From contig JBBCAV010000393.1 of assembly GCA_051382305.1 (NCBI GenBank), positions 1 to 34,351 on the forward strand: DNA of 34,351 nt. Direction: 5' to 3'. The notes under the pieces were generated by a model. The model did no database searches and was not told where the DNA came from. It worked only from the letters and a program-made list of their open reading frames with translations. Position numbers and translations under genes: made by a program. This document shows positions 1-8,867 of this stretch, piece after piece. Positions within the stretch are counted from its first letter, which is position 1. Every line of letters begins with the position of its first letter. This DNA comes from Bdellovibrionota bacterium FG-2. Its GTDB lineage: Bacteria; Bdellovibrionota; UBA1018.

Positions 1-518
1 TCGTAAAGATGAAAAACAATTTTTGGAGGGATACCCTTGGAGCTTTCGCTTTTTCCGGAAGCCTCAGGGGTTTCGGAGAGCCAAGCTAAAAAGGCCAGTG
101 ATGCAGTAGCTGGGCCGGACCCAAGGTCCGCCACTCTGAGAACATTAGTTTCGCGCCCGTGCGCAAGTGCCGCTCGCAGCGCTTCGGGGTGTTGACAAAA
201 AAGTGAAATAAATTTCGAAGCCTGAAGAGGCAGAAAATAGAGCAGATACGCAGATCTAAATCGCGCTTGTTGAAAATAGGCGCCGGGCGATCGGCCCAAT
301 TGGCGGGTGAAAAGATCGGAAAGATTACGGATACTCGGGATGAAGAACTTAACGTCCTCCATCGAAAAAGGCTTGTCCTTCCACCTTGGATTTGGGCTGT
401 AGCGATTCTTGACCCATCCCGGAAGGGTATCGTCAATAAATCGACACCAAACCTCGGGGAAATCGATGTCAGGTGAGGGAGAAATGCGAAATTCGGGAAG
501 GCGGAGCTTGGAGCGCAT
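1..518 (-). CDS. Class I SAM-dependent methyltransferase, Rsm22-like (5' part; runs off left edge)
   Basis: Hand-translated from ATG at 518: MRSKLRLPEF...LSDLFTRQ...RFRSAYLLYFLP...VLRVADLGSGPATASLA...FHLY, open to base 1. DLGSGP is SAM-binding motif I; AYLLYFLP is typical of bacterial Rsm22-like proteins. Confidence 0.75.
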   Translation of the reverse strand, partial: MRSKLRLPEFRISPSPDIDFPEVWCRFIDDTLPGWVKNRYSPNPRWKDKPFSMEDVKFFIPSIRNLSDLFTRQLGRSPGAYFQQARFRSAYLLYFLPLQASKFISLFCQHPEALRAALAHGRETNVLRVADLGSGPATASLAFLAWLSETPEASGKSESSKGIPPKIVFHLY

Positions 519-560
519 CGTGATTTCTATTATGCTAGATCTTAGAGTGACGGAGGTCAA

Positions 561-1064
561 ATGAAGAAGGTAAGTTCAAAGGATTTGAACGAAATCGATA
601 TCGAAACTCTCTGGAAACCGAGATATTCGAATCTGTGGAAGTTCTATTGCCCGGTGTGCAAGTCCGATCGCAGGGTGCCTTATCGGTCAAAGCCGGGTGG
701 TTTTAAGCAAATTTCACAGGTATTTTTGAGTACGGCCTTCATTACCCTGGTGACGTGGCCCTGGTTTGAATGGAAAGGCATTGTTGCCATTGTTCCGATT
801 TGGACCGTGTTTGAGATCTATTACCGATTAAGAGTTCGCTCCGCGCTGGTTTGCCCGCATTGTGCGTTTGACCCCTATTTGTATATGGTCGACGTTCAAA
901 AGGCGCGGTCAGAGATGGATGTGTTTTGGCGTAAGAAATTTGAGGAGAAGGGGATTCCTTTTCCAAATAAAAACGCTTTGAATACAAAGACTTCAAAATT
1001 TGCCCCCGTTGTTGTGGCGACGGCAGCCCCAAGCGCGCAGCAGCCGGGAAAACCCTCTCGTTAA
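561..1064 (+). CDS. Hypothetical membrane protein with split zinc-ribbon (CPVC ... 2 TM ... CPHC)
   Basis: GGAGG RBS before ATG; two CxxC pairs flank two hydrophobic segments. Confidence 0.75.
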   Translation: MKKVSSKDLNEIDIETLWKPRYSNLWKFYCPVCKSDRRVPYRSKPGGFKQISQVFLSTAFITLVTWPWFEWKGIVAIVPIWTVFEIYYRLRVRSALVCPHCAFDPYLYMVDVQKARSEMDVFWRKKFEEKGIPFPNKNALNTKTSKFAPVVVATAAPSAQQPGKPSR

Positions 1065-1080
1065 AGTTGGCAGAGGGCGC

Positions 1081-1110
1081 TTGACATGGATTGATATTGG
1101 GCGCTAGGTT
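1081..1110 (+). promoter_or_regulatory. sigma70-like promoter of ssb (probably leaderless)
   Basis: TTGACA (1081-1086), 18 nt, TAGGTT (1105-1110), 7 nt, ATG 1118; no SD. Confidence 0.55.
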
Positions 1111-1117
1111 ACCGCCC

Positions 1118-1627
1118 ATGTCAGTAAATAAAGTTATTTTGGTGGGGCGATTGGGGCAAAATCCTGAAGTCCGTTACACGCCTTCTGGGGCAGCAGTAGC
1201 GAATTTCAGTGTGGCGACCAATGAATCGTGGGTTGATAAATCGGGCCAAAAACAGGACAAAACCGAATGGCACAAGGTTGTGGTGTGGGGCAAGCTCGCT
1301 GAGCTTTGCAACCAGTATCTCGCCAAGGGTCGTCAGGTTTACCTTGAAGGCCGCCTTCAGACTCGTCAGTGGCAGGATAAAGATGGCCAGACGAAATATA
1401 CGACTGAAGTTCAGGCGCAAACTGTTCAGTTCTTAGGGGCTGGAGCGGGCGATCGTCCGACAGCTGGGAACGGCAATTATGCTGAGTCCAACACTGCGCC
1501 TCAATATGCTGCTCAGGGTTCCATGACAGCGCCTATGGCCGCTGGGGGCGCCGCTTCAGGACCTTCAGGGTATAGTGCTCCCGACTTGGGTGCGCCTTCG
1601 TTTACTGAAGACGACATTCCATTTTAA
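1118..1627 (+). CDS. ssb: Single-stranded DNA-binding protein
   Basis: [43 protein letters not shown], acidic DDIPF C-terminus; start reassigned to ATG 1118. Confidence 0.97.
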   Translation: MSVNKVILVGRLGQNPEVRYTPSGAAVANFSVATNESWVDKSGQKQDKTEWHKVVVWGKLAELCNQYLAKGRQVYLEGRLQTRQWQDKDGQTKYTTEVQAQTVQFLGAGAGDRPTAGNGNYAESNTAPQYAAQGSMTAPMAAGGAASGPSGYSAPDLGAPSFTEDDIPF

Positions 1628-1648
1628 GCCCATTTTAAGCAGGGTAAA

Positions 1649-2356
1649 GTGCGTACACTGATCGTTATTCCCACGTATAATGAGATCGAGAATCTCAAGG
1701 CGCTTGTTCAAGCGGTAATCGCGGTAACCCCAGCGGAAGTCGAGATTTTGGTTGCCGATGACAATTCGCCGGATGGAACGGGAAAGCTTGCGGATGAGTT
1801 GGCCCAGACCTCGTCTCGCGTGCATGTTTTGCACCGCGAACGTAAGATGGGTTTGGGACCGGCTTATATCTCTGGGTTTCGCTGGGGGTTTGAGAGAGGC
1901 TTTGAAGCATTCATTGAAATGGATGCTGACTTCTCTCACAATCCCAAGCACCTGTCTCAAATGTTAGAACTCTTGAAAACTCACGATGTGGTTATTGGGT
2001 CGCGTTATGTGCCCGGTGGCGGAACCGTGAATTGGGGTTTGGGCCGTAAGATTTTGAGTCGCGGTGGTAGTATCTATGCTCGAACGATCTTGGGTGCGCC
2101 GATTCGGGATTTCACAGGCGGTTTTAACGGCTGGCATAAGAAGGTCTTGGAAAAGACCGATCTCGGGTCGCTCAAGTCGGACGGTTACTCCTTTCAAATC
2201 GAGCTCAAGTATCGTGCCTTTCGAAACGGCTTTAAGGTAACCGAGTTTCCTATCGTGTTCGAGGATCGCAAGGTAGGACATTCTAAGATGAATAAACGGA
2301 TCATTTTTGAGGCGCTTGGTCGTGTTTGGAGCTTTCGTTTCGGGGATCGTCCTTGA
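1649..2356 (+). CDS. Polyprenol monophosphomannose synthase (GT2, Dpm1/Ppm1-like)
   Basis: IPTYNE, DDNSPDGT, MDADFSH, GSRYVPGG, GYSFQIE motifs. Confidence 0.92.
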   Translation: MRTLIVIPTYNEIENLKALVQAVIAVTPAEVEILVADDNSPDGTGKLADELAQTSSRVHVLHRERKMGLGPAYISGFRWGFERGFEAFIEMDADFSHNPKHLSQMLELLKTHDVVIGSRYVPGGGTVNWGLGRKILSRGGSIYARTILGAPIRDFTGGFNGWHKKVLEKTDLGSLKSDGYSFQIELKYRAFRNGFKVTEFPIVFEDRKVGHSKMNKRIIFEALGRVWSFRFGDRP

Positions 2357-2382
2357 CATAGTTTGCGGTTATTACTTAAGAT
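2353..2382 (+). promoter_or_regulatory. sigma70-like promoter of L,D-transpeptidase gene (probably leaderless)
   Basis: TTGACA (2353-2358), 18 nt, TAAGAT (2377-2382), 6 nt, GTG 2389; no SD. Confidence 0.55.
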
Positions 2383-2388
2383 TTCCTG

Positions 2389-3300
2389 GTGCCAAAAAAT
2401 GTATCCAAGAATCACTTTGTAACGTTTCTTTTTTTCATTTCAATTTTCGCTTTTTCGCCGCAAAAAGCTGCGTTTCCAGCTGAATCGTTGTCATCTGCTG
2501 CTATTTTGGTCGATAAGAAAACCAATACCCTCTATTTGGCTCAATATGTGGATGGCGTCTATCAAACCGTCAAGACTTATCATGCGACTTTGGGGCAGGT
2601 AAAAGGAGACAAAGAGGACGAGGGTGATCTCAAGACGCCAGAGGGGATCTATACGATTAGGGCGCGGTTGACTCCTCCGAAGCTGCCAAAGAAATTTGGC
2701 GTGATGGCTTTTGATGTCAATTATCCCAACACCTACGATCAACTTGCAGGCCGAAAAGGTTCGTCGATTATGCTTCATGCGACTAATGAACCGGATCGGC
2801 TGAATAAGAACTACGATAGCTTGGGGTGTGTGGTTGTAAAAAACGAAGAGATCAAAGAGATTCAGCCTTATGTTCGTTTGGGGCTTACACCGGTTTTGAT
2901 TTTCGCCGAGCTAACGGATGAATATATGAAGCCCGCAGTCGGGGGGGCTTTGAAAGACTTTTTTGAAAGTTGGATCAAGGCCTGGGAGAACAAAGATATT
3001 GATTCCTATGTTGATCATTACCACTCCGATTTTTCGGCCCAGGGGATGAGTAAGAAAGCTTGGCGTGGGTATAAGAGAAATCTGAACTCGGTTTATGGCA
3101 CGATCAAGGTCGGGCCCGAGAGCGTTCATTATTATCGGCATCCGAAGTATTCGATGATAACGTTTACGCAAAACTATCACTCTACGCTCAAAGGTGGAGG
3201 CGTGGGGCATCGTTCTCGCGGTACGAAGATCCTCTACGTCGCAGAAGAAGCGGGTAAGCCCAAAATTATTGCTGAAACGTATACCACGCTGATGTGGTAG
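2389..3300 (+). CDS. L,D-transpeptidase/carboxypeptidase (YkuD) with C-terminal NTF2-like domain, Csd6/Bd1075-like
   Basis: Signal peptide; GDLKTPEGIY; IMLHA...SLGCVV catalytic His/Cys; WIKAWENKDIDSYVDHY NTF2-like domain. Confidence 0.88.
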   Translation: MPKNVSKNHFVTFLFFISIFAFSPQKAAFPAESLSSAAILVDKKTNTLYLAQYVDGVYQTVKTYHATLGQVKGDKEDEGDLKTPEGIYTIRARLTPPKLPKKFGVMAFDVNYPNTYDQLAGRKGSSIMLHATNEPDRLNKNYDSLGCVVVKNEEIKEIQPYVRLGLTPVLIFAELTDEYMKPAVGGALKDFFESWIKAWENKDIDSYVDHYHSDFSAQGMSKKAWRGYKRNLNSVYGTIKVGPESVHYYRHPKYSMITFTQNYHSTLKGGGVGHRSRGTKILYVAEEAGKPKIIAETYTTLMW

Positions 3301-3303
3301 GCT

Positions 3304-4113
3304 CTATAGTCCGCCGTGTTTTTGGATCAGAAACGGCACCGGAATCGCTACGTTGAAGCGATGGATCTTCGTAGGCTTGCCGTCAATCACCACATCGACA
3401 TCGGTGCCATAGTTTGGGATTCCGCGGAAGTGGATTCCGATCACTTTCCCCTGCATGGAGAGTACGGGTGCTCCGGAATTTCCGCCCTCAGTGTCAATGA
3501 GATGGATAAAGTGGGGGAGTTCCGCATGCTCAGGAAAATAGGCGACCAGCGGCCCATCGGTGATTTTCTTAACGCCTTTTTCAAAACTCGCAGCGTGAGG
3601 ATGTCCGGCGATGATCGCGTGCATTCCGACGCTCAGGGCGCCGGGGTCACGCTCGGGTTCTGCAAACGGGAGCGGGCCGCCATCGGGGCGAGAAATCTCG
3701 AGTAGTGCGTAATCAGTGGAGAAGTCATTGATCAAAATGCGCTCACATTTAAGCGGAATCGCCTTCTGTAAAATGCCGTTCACCTCTTCGTGATGGAAGA
3801 AAAGCGGGATTTTTTCGCAATTCGAAGTAGGCATATCATAGATGTCCGCGATGACGTGACGGGCGGTCATCATCAAGCCCTTCGGTGAAACAATGACGCC
3901 GCTGCCGCGGCCGCCAACAAGAACGACCGCTTCGAGAGCTTTTTTGATTTCATCGGAGTATGCGTGCGCTGGGTGCGACGCGTCGAGATTGATTTTTTCA
4001 AGAAATTCATCGGGATTTAGGAATTTGGGGTTACCAAAAACTACGGCAAAGGCCGGATGGGTATGGAATAGAGTTTGGAATAATGTAAAAATAATCAAAA
4101 TGGCTTTTCGCAT
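3304..4113 (-). CDS. Secreted trypsin-like (S1) serine protease
   Basis: Signal peptide; GSGVIV, TARHV (His), DYALL (Asp), GGNSGAPV (Ser). Confidence 0.9.
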   Translation of the reverse strand: MRKAILIIFTLFQTLFHTHPAFAVVFGNPKFLNPDEFLEKINLDASHPAHAYSDEIKKALEAVVLVGGRGSGVIVSPKGLMMTARHVIADIYDMPTSNCEKIPLFFHHEEVNGILQKAIPLKCERILINDFSTDYALLEISRPDGGPLPFAEPERDPGALSVGMHAIIAGHPHAASFEKGVKKITDGPLVAYFPEHAELPHFIHLIDTEGGNSGAPVLSMQGKVIGIHFRGIPNYGTDVDVVIDGKPTKIHRFNVAIPVPFLIQKHGGL

Positions 4114-4116
4114 GGA

Positions 4117-4142
4117 CAAGACTTCTAGCGGAGCGCCGATAA
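4117..4142 (+). promoter_or_regulatory. sigma28/FliA-like promoter of hydrolase-mpl operon
   Basis: CAAG (4117-4120), 14 nt, GCCGATAA (4135-4142; perfect sigma28 -10 element), upstream of RBS and ATG 4161. Confidence 0.55.
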
Positions 4143-4151
4143 ATTGGCAAG

Positions 4152-5285
4152 GTGAGGTTCATGATTGAGTTGAGTGAAGGCACGTTTCCCAGGACCTGGG
4201 AAGCAATGCGAAAAGCTGTAGCAGACGGTGTAACGCCAGGAATGGTTGCAGGATTTTGGCGATTAAAAGAGCCCGATGTTTTTAGGGCTTCAGCTGTCGG
4301 CAGTCGCAGTCTGGTTCCCCATATGTTGCCTATGGAAGTGGATACAGTTTTTGATTTGGCCAGTGTTACAAAAGTTTTTGCGACGGCAGCGTTAGCTACT
4401 CTTCTCGTGGATCGGCGATGGATTCGCTGGGATACACCGATACAATCGATTCTGCCGGCGTTTAGATATCCCCAAGTGGAGCTCCGCCATCTGCTTACCC
4501 ATACGGCAGGGTTTCCGGCCTGGAAGCCTTTTTGGGAAGAGTTGTGCAGGAAGTTTTCGCCCATGGCGATTCAGGACGTGGAAGTGAGTGTGCGCCAATC
4601 GGAAATGCGCAAACTTGTTTTTGCTGCCGACCTTGAGGGTGCTCCGGGCGAGCGCACGTTGTATTCAGATATTTCACATCTGCTTTTGGGTTTTGTCCTT
4701 GAGGAAGTCACGGGATTTGATTTTGACGAAGCGGTGAGGCGCTATGTGTGGAAGCCTATGAATATTGAAAGCGCTTTTTTTAGGCGGGTTACGCGCATGA
4801 GTGCTAGCCAACCGCTCAAGAGCGCAGCCGCGACTGAGAATAGTGGATGGCGGGGGGCCATTTTGCAGGGCCTAGTTCATGATGAAAACTGTTGGGCTAT
4901 GGGGGGCTACAGTGGTCACGCCGGTGCGTTTGGACGCGCGGAGGATTTATTACGCTTCGCACGGGGTTGGTTTTCGGGGTTTGTTTCTCGTCGCACACGA
5001 AATGAAGTCTGGAGTCGTGAGGGGAGTGGTCTTAATACGGAGCGAACTTTAGGGTGGGAGACGCCGAGTAGAGATGGCACGGCCTCCGCCAGTGAGTTAT
5101 TCTCTCCCCTTTCGGTAGGCCATTTAGGTTTTACAGGAACTTCGCTTTGGATTGATCCCGTGGCTGAGCTGGCCGTTGTACTTTTAACCAATCGCGTGCA
5201 TCCGACTCGCGAGAATATCGCGATCCGCGCTTTTCGCCCCATTTTTCACCGATCCTTAAGGCAGGATCTCAAGGAGATAAGATGA
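4152..5285 (+). CDS. Beta-lactamase-family (AmpC/CubicO-like) serine hydrolase
   Basis: FDLASVTK (SxxK), LLTHTAG, YSD, GHLGFTGTSLWIDP, LLTNRVHP; likely start ATG 4161. Confidence 0.92.
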   Translation: MRFMIELSEGTFPRTWEAMRKAVADGVTPGMVAGFWRLKEPDVFRASAVGSRSLVPHMLPMEVDTVFDLASVTKVFATAALATLLVDRRWIRWDTPIQSILPAFRYPQVELRHLLTHTAGFPAWKPFWEELCRKFSPMAIQDVEVSVRQSEMRKLVFAADLEGAPGERTLYSDISHLLLGFVLEEVTGFDFDEAVRRYVWKPMNIESAFFRRVTRMSASQPLKSAAATENSGWRGAILQGLVHDENCWAMGGYSGHAGAFGRAEDLLRFARGWFSGFVSRRTRNEVWSREGSGLNTERTLGWETPSRDGTASASELFSPLSVGHLGFTGTSLWIDPVAELAVVLLTNRVHPTRENIAIRAFRPIFHRSLRQDLKEIR

Positions 5286-6754
5286 ATTCTAAGAAACCCT
5301 TGCCCCAATTAGCATCGCTTAAGCGAGTTCATATCATCGGAGTTTGTGGGACACTCATGGGGGCTTTTGCTGCGTTCCTAAAGCGCCAAGGGGTGCACGT
5401 GACGGGCAGTGATCAAAATGTTTACCCCCCGATGAGCGACGTATTGAAGGATGCAGGCGTTGAACTTTTTCAGGGGTATCGTGCGGAAAACCTGACGGAT
5501 CTCGCGCAGCCGCCTGATTTGGTGGTGATTGGAAATGTGATTTCACGCTCAAATCCTGAGAGTCAAAAAGCCATTGAAGGTGGGTTTGCCTACGCGTCTT
5601 TGCCAGAAGCCATGGAGGCTTTGTTTTTGCAGAAAACGAGAAATCTGGTTGTTGCGGGGACGCATGGAAAAACGACGACCTCAAGCCTTCTGTCTTATGT
5701 GTTGGTGAGTTGCGGGAAGGATCCAAGTTATTTTATGGGGGGCGTGTCGGCGGATTTGCCGTTTAGTTTTAATGTCGCTTCAATTGAGGCGGGCCGATAC
5801 TTCGTTCTTGAGGGCGATGAGTACGATACGGCTTTTTGGGACAAGGTTCCCAAATTTAATCACTACTTGCCGGACGACGTTATTTTGACTTCGGTTGAGT
5901 ATGATCATGCGGATATTTACCCCGATTTTGCATCCGTGATTCGAGCCTTTGAAGGTTTGCTGGTACGCATGCGGGATACGAAAGGAAGACTCATTGCCTG
6001 TTGGGACTATGAAGTAGTGCAAAAACTGTGTGCGCAGGCACGCTGTGAAGTGCTCTCCTATGGAAGTGATGAAAAAACGGGGGCGCGATTTTTTGCGCAG
6101 AACATTCGGGAGGAGAATGGGCAGACGAAATTTGAAATTACGGATCGCAAGAAAGATGGGGCAAGAGTGGCCCAGGTGGCGCTTCAAATTCCAGGGCGGC
6201 ATAACATTTTAAATGCGATGGCGGTGTGGATTGAGTGCCAGGGTTTGGGGATGGATTCCGATCAGGTCCTTGGTGCCTTGGCGTCATTTCGGGGGGTAAA
6301 GCGGAGGCAAGAGCTTCGGGGGGAGGTGCGGGGTGTGATGGTGATCGATGACTTTGCGCATCATCCAACCGCAGTGCGGGAAACGCTACGTGCCTTGAAG
6401 GCTCGTTATCCGGAGAGACGGCTCGTTGCGGTTTTTGAGCCCCGCAGTGCCACGTCGCGTCGAAAGATTTTTCAGAAAGACTATGTCGAGGCTTTTGGAA
6501 GTGCGGATCAAGTTTTTATCTCCTCGCCCTATGATCAGACTAAAATATCGGAATCCGATCAGTTTTCGAGCGCGGAACTTGTGGACGATCTTCGGGCTAA
6601 ACGAGTTGCAGCCGAACTTATGGCTACAGTCGAAGAAGGAGTTTTCGCTGTATCGCGTCAAGGTAGGCCTGGTGATTTGATTGCGGTCTTGTCTAATGGG
6701 GGGTTCGGGGGCTTTATTCCGAAGTTACTCGGTGCGTTAAGGGGTGGGTGTTAG
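5282..6754 (+). CDS. mpl: UDP-MurNAc:L-alanyl-gamma-D-glutamyl-meso-diaminopimelate ligase
   Basis: HIIGVCGTLMG, GSDQNVYPPMS, AGTHGKTTT, EGDEYDTAFWDK, DDFAHHPTA, VFEPRS are Mpl-type motifs; ATGA overlap with upstream gene. Confidence 0.9.
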   Translation: MNSKKPLPQLASLKRVHIIGVCGTLMGAFAAFLKRQGVHVTGSDQNVYPPMSDVLKDAGVELFQGYRAENLTDLAQPPDLVVIGNVISRSNPESQKAIEGGFAYASLPEAMEALFLQKTRNLVVAGTHGKTTTSSLLSYVLVSCGKDPSYFMGGVSADLPFSFNVASIEAGRYFVLEGDEYDTAFWDKVPKFNHYLPDDVILTSVEYDHADIYPDFASVIRAFEGLLVRMRDTKGRLIACWDYEVVQKLCAQARCEVLSYGSDEKTGARFFAQNIREENGQTKFEITDRKKDGARVAQVALQIPGRHNILNAMAVWIECQGLGMDSDQVLGALASFRGVKRRQELRGEVRGVMVIDDFAHHPTAVRETLRALKARYPERRLVAVFEPRSATSRRKIFQKDYVEAFGSADQVFISSPYDQTKISESDQFSSAELVDDLRAKRVAAELMATVEEGVFAVSRQGRPGDLIAVLSNGGFGGFIPKLLGALRGGC

Positions 6755-6757
6755 CCC

Positions 6758-6785
6758 TATAGTTTTATCGCCATCGTGCCGATAC
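6758..6785 (+). promoter_or_regulatory. sigma28/FliA-like promoter of Ser/Thr kinase
   Basis: TATAG (6758-6762), 15 nt, GCCGATAC (6778-6785), then GAGG and ATG 6808. Confidence 0.45.
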
Positions 6786-6807
6786 TTAAATACGAGGTTG
6801 GGTCCCC

Positions 6808-8859
6808 ATGGCGGATGTATTAAAGAAGTTTGGCCGATATTTTCTCCTAGATCAGCTTGCCCAGGGGGGCATGGCTGAAATCTTTCGTGCGCGGCTTGCG
6901 ACGATTGATGGTGCGGGCCGACTCATTGTGATCAAGCGAATTCAGGCGGGACAAGGGGAGAATAGTGAGTTTCTCCAAATGTTTCGCTCCGAGATTAAGG
7001 TCACGATGGGATTTAATCATCCCAACATTGTTCAACTCTATGACTTTGGTGAAGAAGAACAGCAGCCTTATATCGCGATGGAGTATCTTGATGGCAAAAA
7101 TGTGCGTCAGTTTCTCTCGCGTTTCAATGAACTCAAACAATCGTTTCCGGTCGAGCTGGCCACTTATGTGATCGAGCAATCCGCATCGGGTCTGCACTAT
7201 GCCCATGCGTTTAAAGATAAGTTTTCCGGGCAGCCCCTAAACATTGTTCACCGAGATATTAGTCCTCAGAATATTTTGATTTCGTATGAAGGCAACGTCA
7301 AGGTTATCGATTTTGGGATCGCCAAAGCGACAACGAATCTCGAATCCACGCGTGCGGGTGTCATTAAGGGGAAGCCGAGTTATCTTTCTCCTGAACAGAT
7401 CAGTGGCGAGTCTCTTGATGGACGTTGTGATTTGTTTGCCTTGGGTGCAGTGCTTTGGGAACTTTTGACGGGAAAGAAGCTTTTCGCGGGAGAAAGCGAT
7501 CTCGCGGTTTTGAAACTCATTGAGAGTTGTCAGACCTATGTTAAGCCTCCTTCGACGTTGAACCCCAAGGTTCCCAAAGAGTTGGACTACATCGTCTTGA
7601 AGTGCTTGGCTAAGAATCGTGATAAGCGCTACCAGACGGCGGAAGAATTGCAACGCGCGCTTCACAAATTTTTGTATAGTTACATGGCGGAGTTTAATCC
7701 GTCGGATCTTGCCTATTATGCGAAGGATCTATTTAAGAACGATATTGTAGAAGATCGCAAACGCATCCAAAAACTTAACGATAAAGCTGAAGCACTTTTG
7801 TGTAACGAAGTTGCTGAAGGCGCCACAAAAGTGCTGGGCGAAAGCCCGCCTCGACGGGAAGAAACTAGGACGGTTCTGGAGTCCAAGCGAACCGCGCAAG
7901 TCGTGCCAGACTTGGCGACTCCGGGGAGGGGACCGAGAGTCGAGATGGAGGCCAGCCGCGCGGGCGCTTCCCAAGTCCGAGGGACTTCTGGTGTATCGAA
8001 TACGCGTACTGGACTCAGTCCGATGAGCCCCCCTCGCGCTCAGGGATCGGGAACGTTCCCGAGTGCTCGGATGGGGTCTGCCAAGCGAGTGAGTTCCTCG
8101 CGCGGGCCTTCTGTGTTTTGGTCTCAGCTTTGGGCTGGGTCTCGCAAAATAGCACTTCTGGCAGCAGTCGGGGCTGTAGGCGTCGTCCTTTTTGGCCCTC
8201 AGTATGGAATTCGTGTGCCCGTGGTTTCAGATTTAGTGGATTCAATGGTTCCATCAAAGAGCGGGGTAAAACATGCGACTTCGGCGCCTGTCACTGAGCC
8301 GGTCGGTGAGCCAGAACGTTCAACCGCGTCTGTTTCAAAGTCGGCGGTGCCTGTGGGGGCCCCTGCGGGTGCGCAGGAGGCTTTGATTCCAGGAAAAAGT
8401 CTCTTGTTGAGACTTAATGTCGTTCCAGGCGCGGAGGGAACGCAGATAATGTTGGGAGGGGTGGTAATTGATAATAAGAATCCCTCGAGGATTGTCTCGC
8501 TTGATTCTCCACTGGAGCTTGTTGTGGACCGGCCCGGGTTTAAGCCTTTGAAAAGAGAGTTTGTTCTCGAGTCAAGGCAGTATGGGGGTTTGCAGGAGTG
8601 GTCGATGGATGTCGCGCTTGAGCCCCAGAGGGTGGGTTTCTTAACTATTCACACTACGCCGAGTGCCGAAGCGAATATCTCGTTGGAAGGGAAACTTTTG
8701 TTTGTGAAGAAGACGCCTTTTGAGCAGGAAAAAATGCCTGCGGGTGCTTTGAGTATCCGGCTTGTAAATTCTGTTTTAGGAATGGAAAAGACGGTTCAGG
8801 TCGTCGTAGAAGAAGGCAAGATTACGAATCTCGATGAGCGGCTTGAAGTGAAGAACTAG
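6808..8859 (+). CDS. Hanks-type Ser/Thr protein kinase with TM helix and C-terminal PEGA-like beta domains
   Basis: GGMAEIF, VIKRI, HRDISPQN, DFG, YLSPEQ, DLFALG; low-complexity linker, hydrophobic segment IALLAAVGAVGVVLF, beta-rich tail. Confidence 0.95.
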   Translation: MADVLKKFGRYFLLDQLAQGGMAEIFRARLATIDGAGRLIVIKRIQAGQGENSEFLQMFRSEIKVTMGFNHPNIVQLYDFGEEEQQPYIAMEYLDGKNVRQFLSRFNELKQSFPVELATYVIEQSASGLHYAHAFKDKFSGQPLNIVHRDISPQNILISYEGNVKVIDFGIAKATTNLESTRAGVIKGKPSYLSPEQISGESLDGRCDLFALGAVLWELLTGKKLFAGESDLAVLKLIESCQTYVKPPSTLNPKVPKELDYIVLKCLAKNRDKRYQTAEELQRALHKFLYSYMAEFNPSDLAYYAKDLFKNDIVEDRKRIQKLNDKAEALLCNEVAEGATKVLGESPPRREETRTVLESKRTAQVVPDLATPGRGPRVEMEASRAGASQVRGTSGVSNTRTGLSPMSPPRAQGSGTFPSARMGSAKRVSSSRGPSVFWSQLWAGSRKIALLAAVGAVGVVLFGPQYGIRVPVVSDLVDSMVPSKSGVKHATSAPVTEPVGEPERSTASVSKSAVPVGAPAGAQEALIPGKSLLLRLNVVPGAEGTQIMLGGVVIDNKNPSRIVSLDSPLELVVDRPGFKPLKREFVLESRQYGGLQEWSMDVALEPQRVGFLTIHTTPSAEANISLEGKLLFVKKTPFEQEKMPAGALSIRLVNSVLGMEKTVQVVVEEGKITNLDERLEVKN

Positions 8860-8867
8860 CGCTCTCG

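Noticed and set aside
192-221. TTGACA at 192-197
   Set aside because: Inside the methyltransferase CDS, with no convincing -10 at correct spacing.
86-476. ORF-track entries 86..436 (-) and 267..476 (+)
   Set aside because: Both shadow the methyltransferase frame (518 to <1), which has recognisable motifs.
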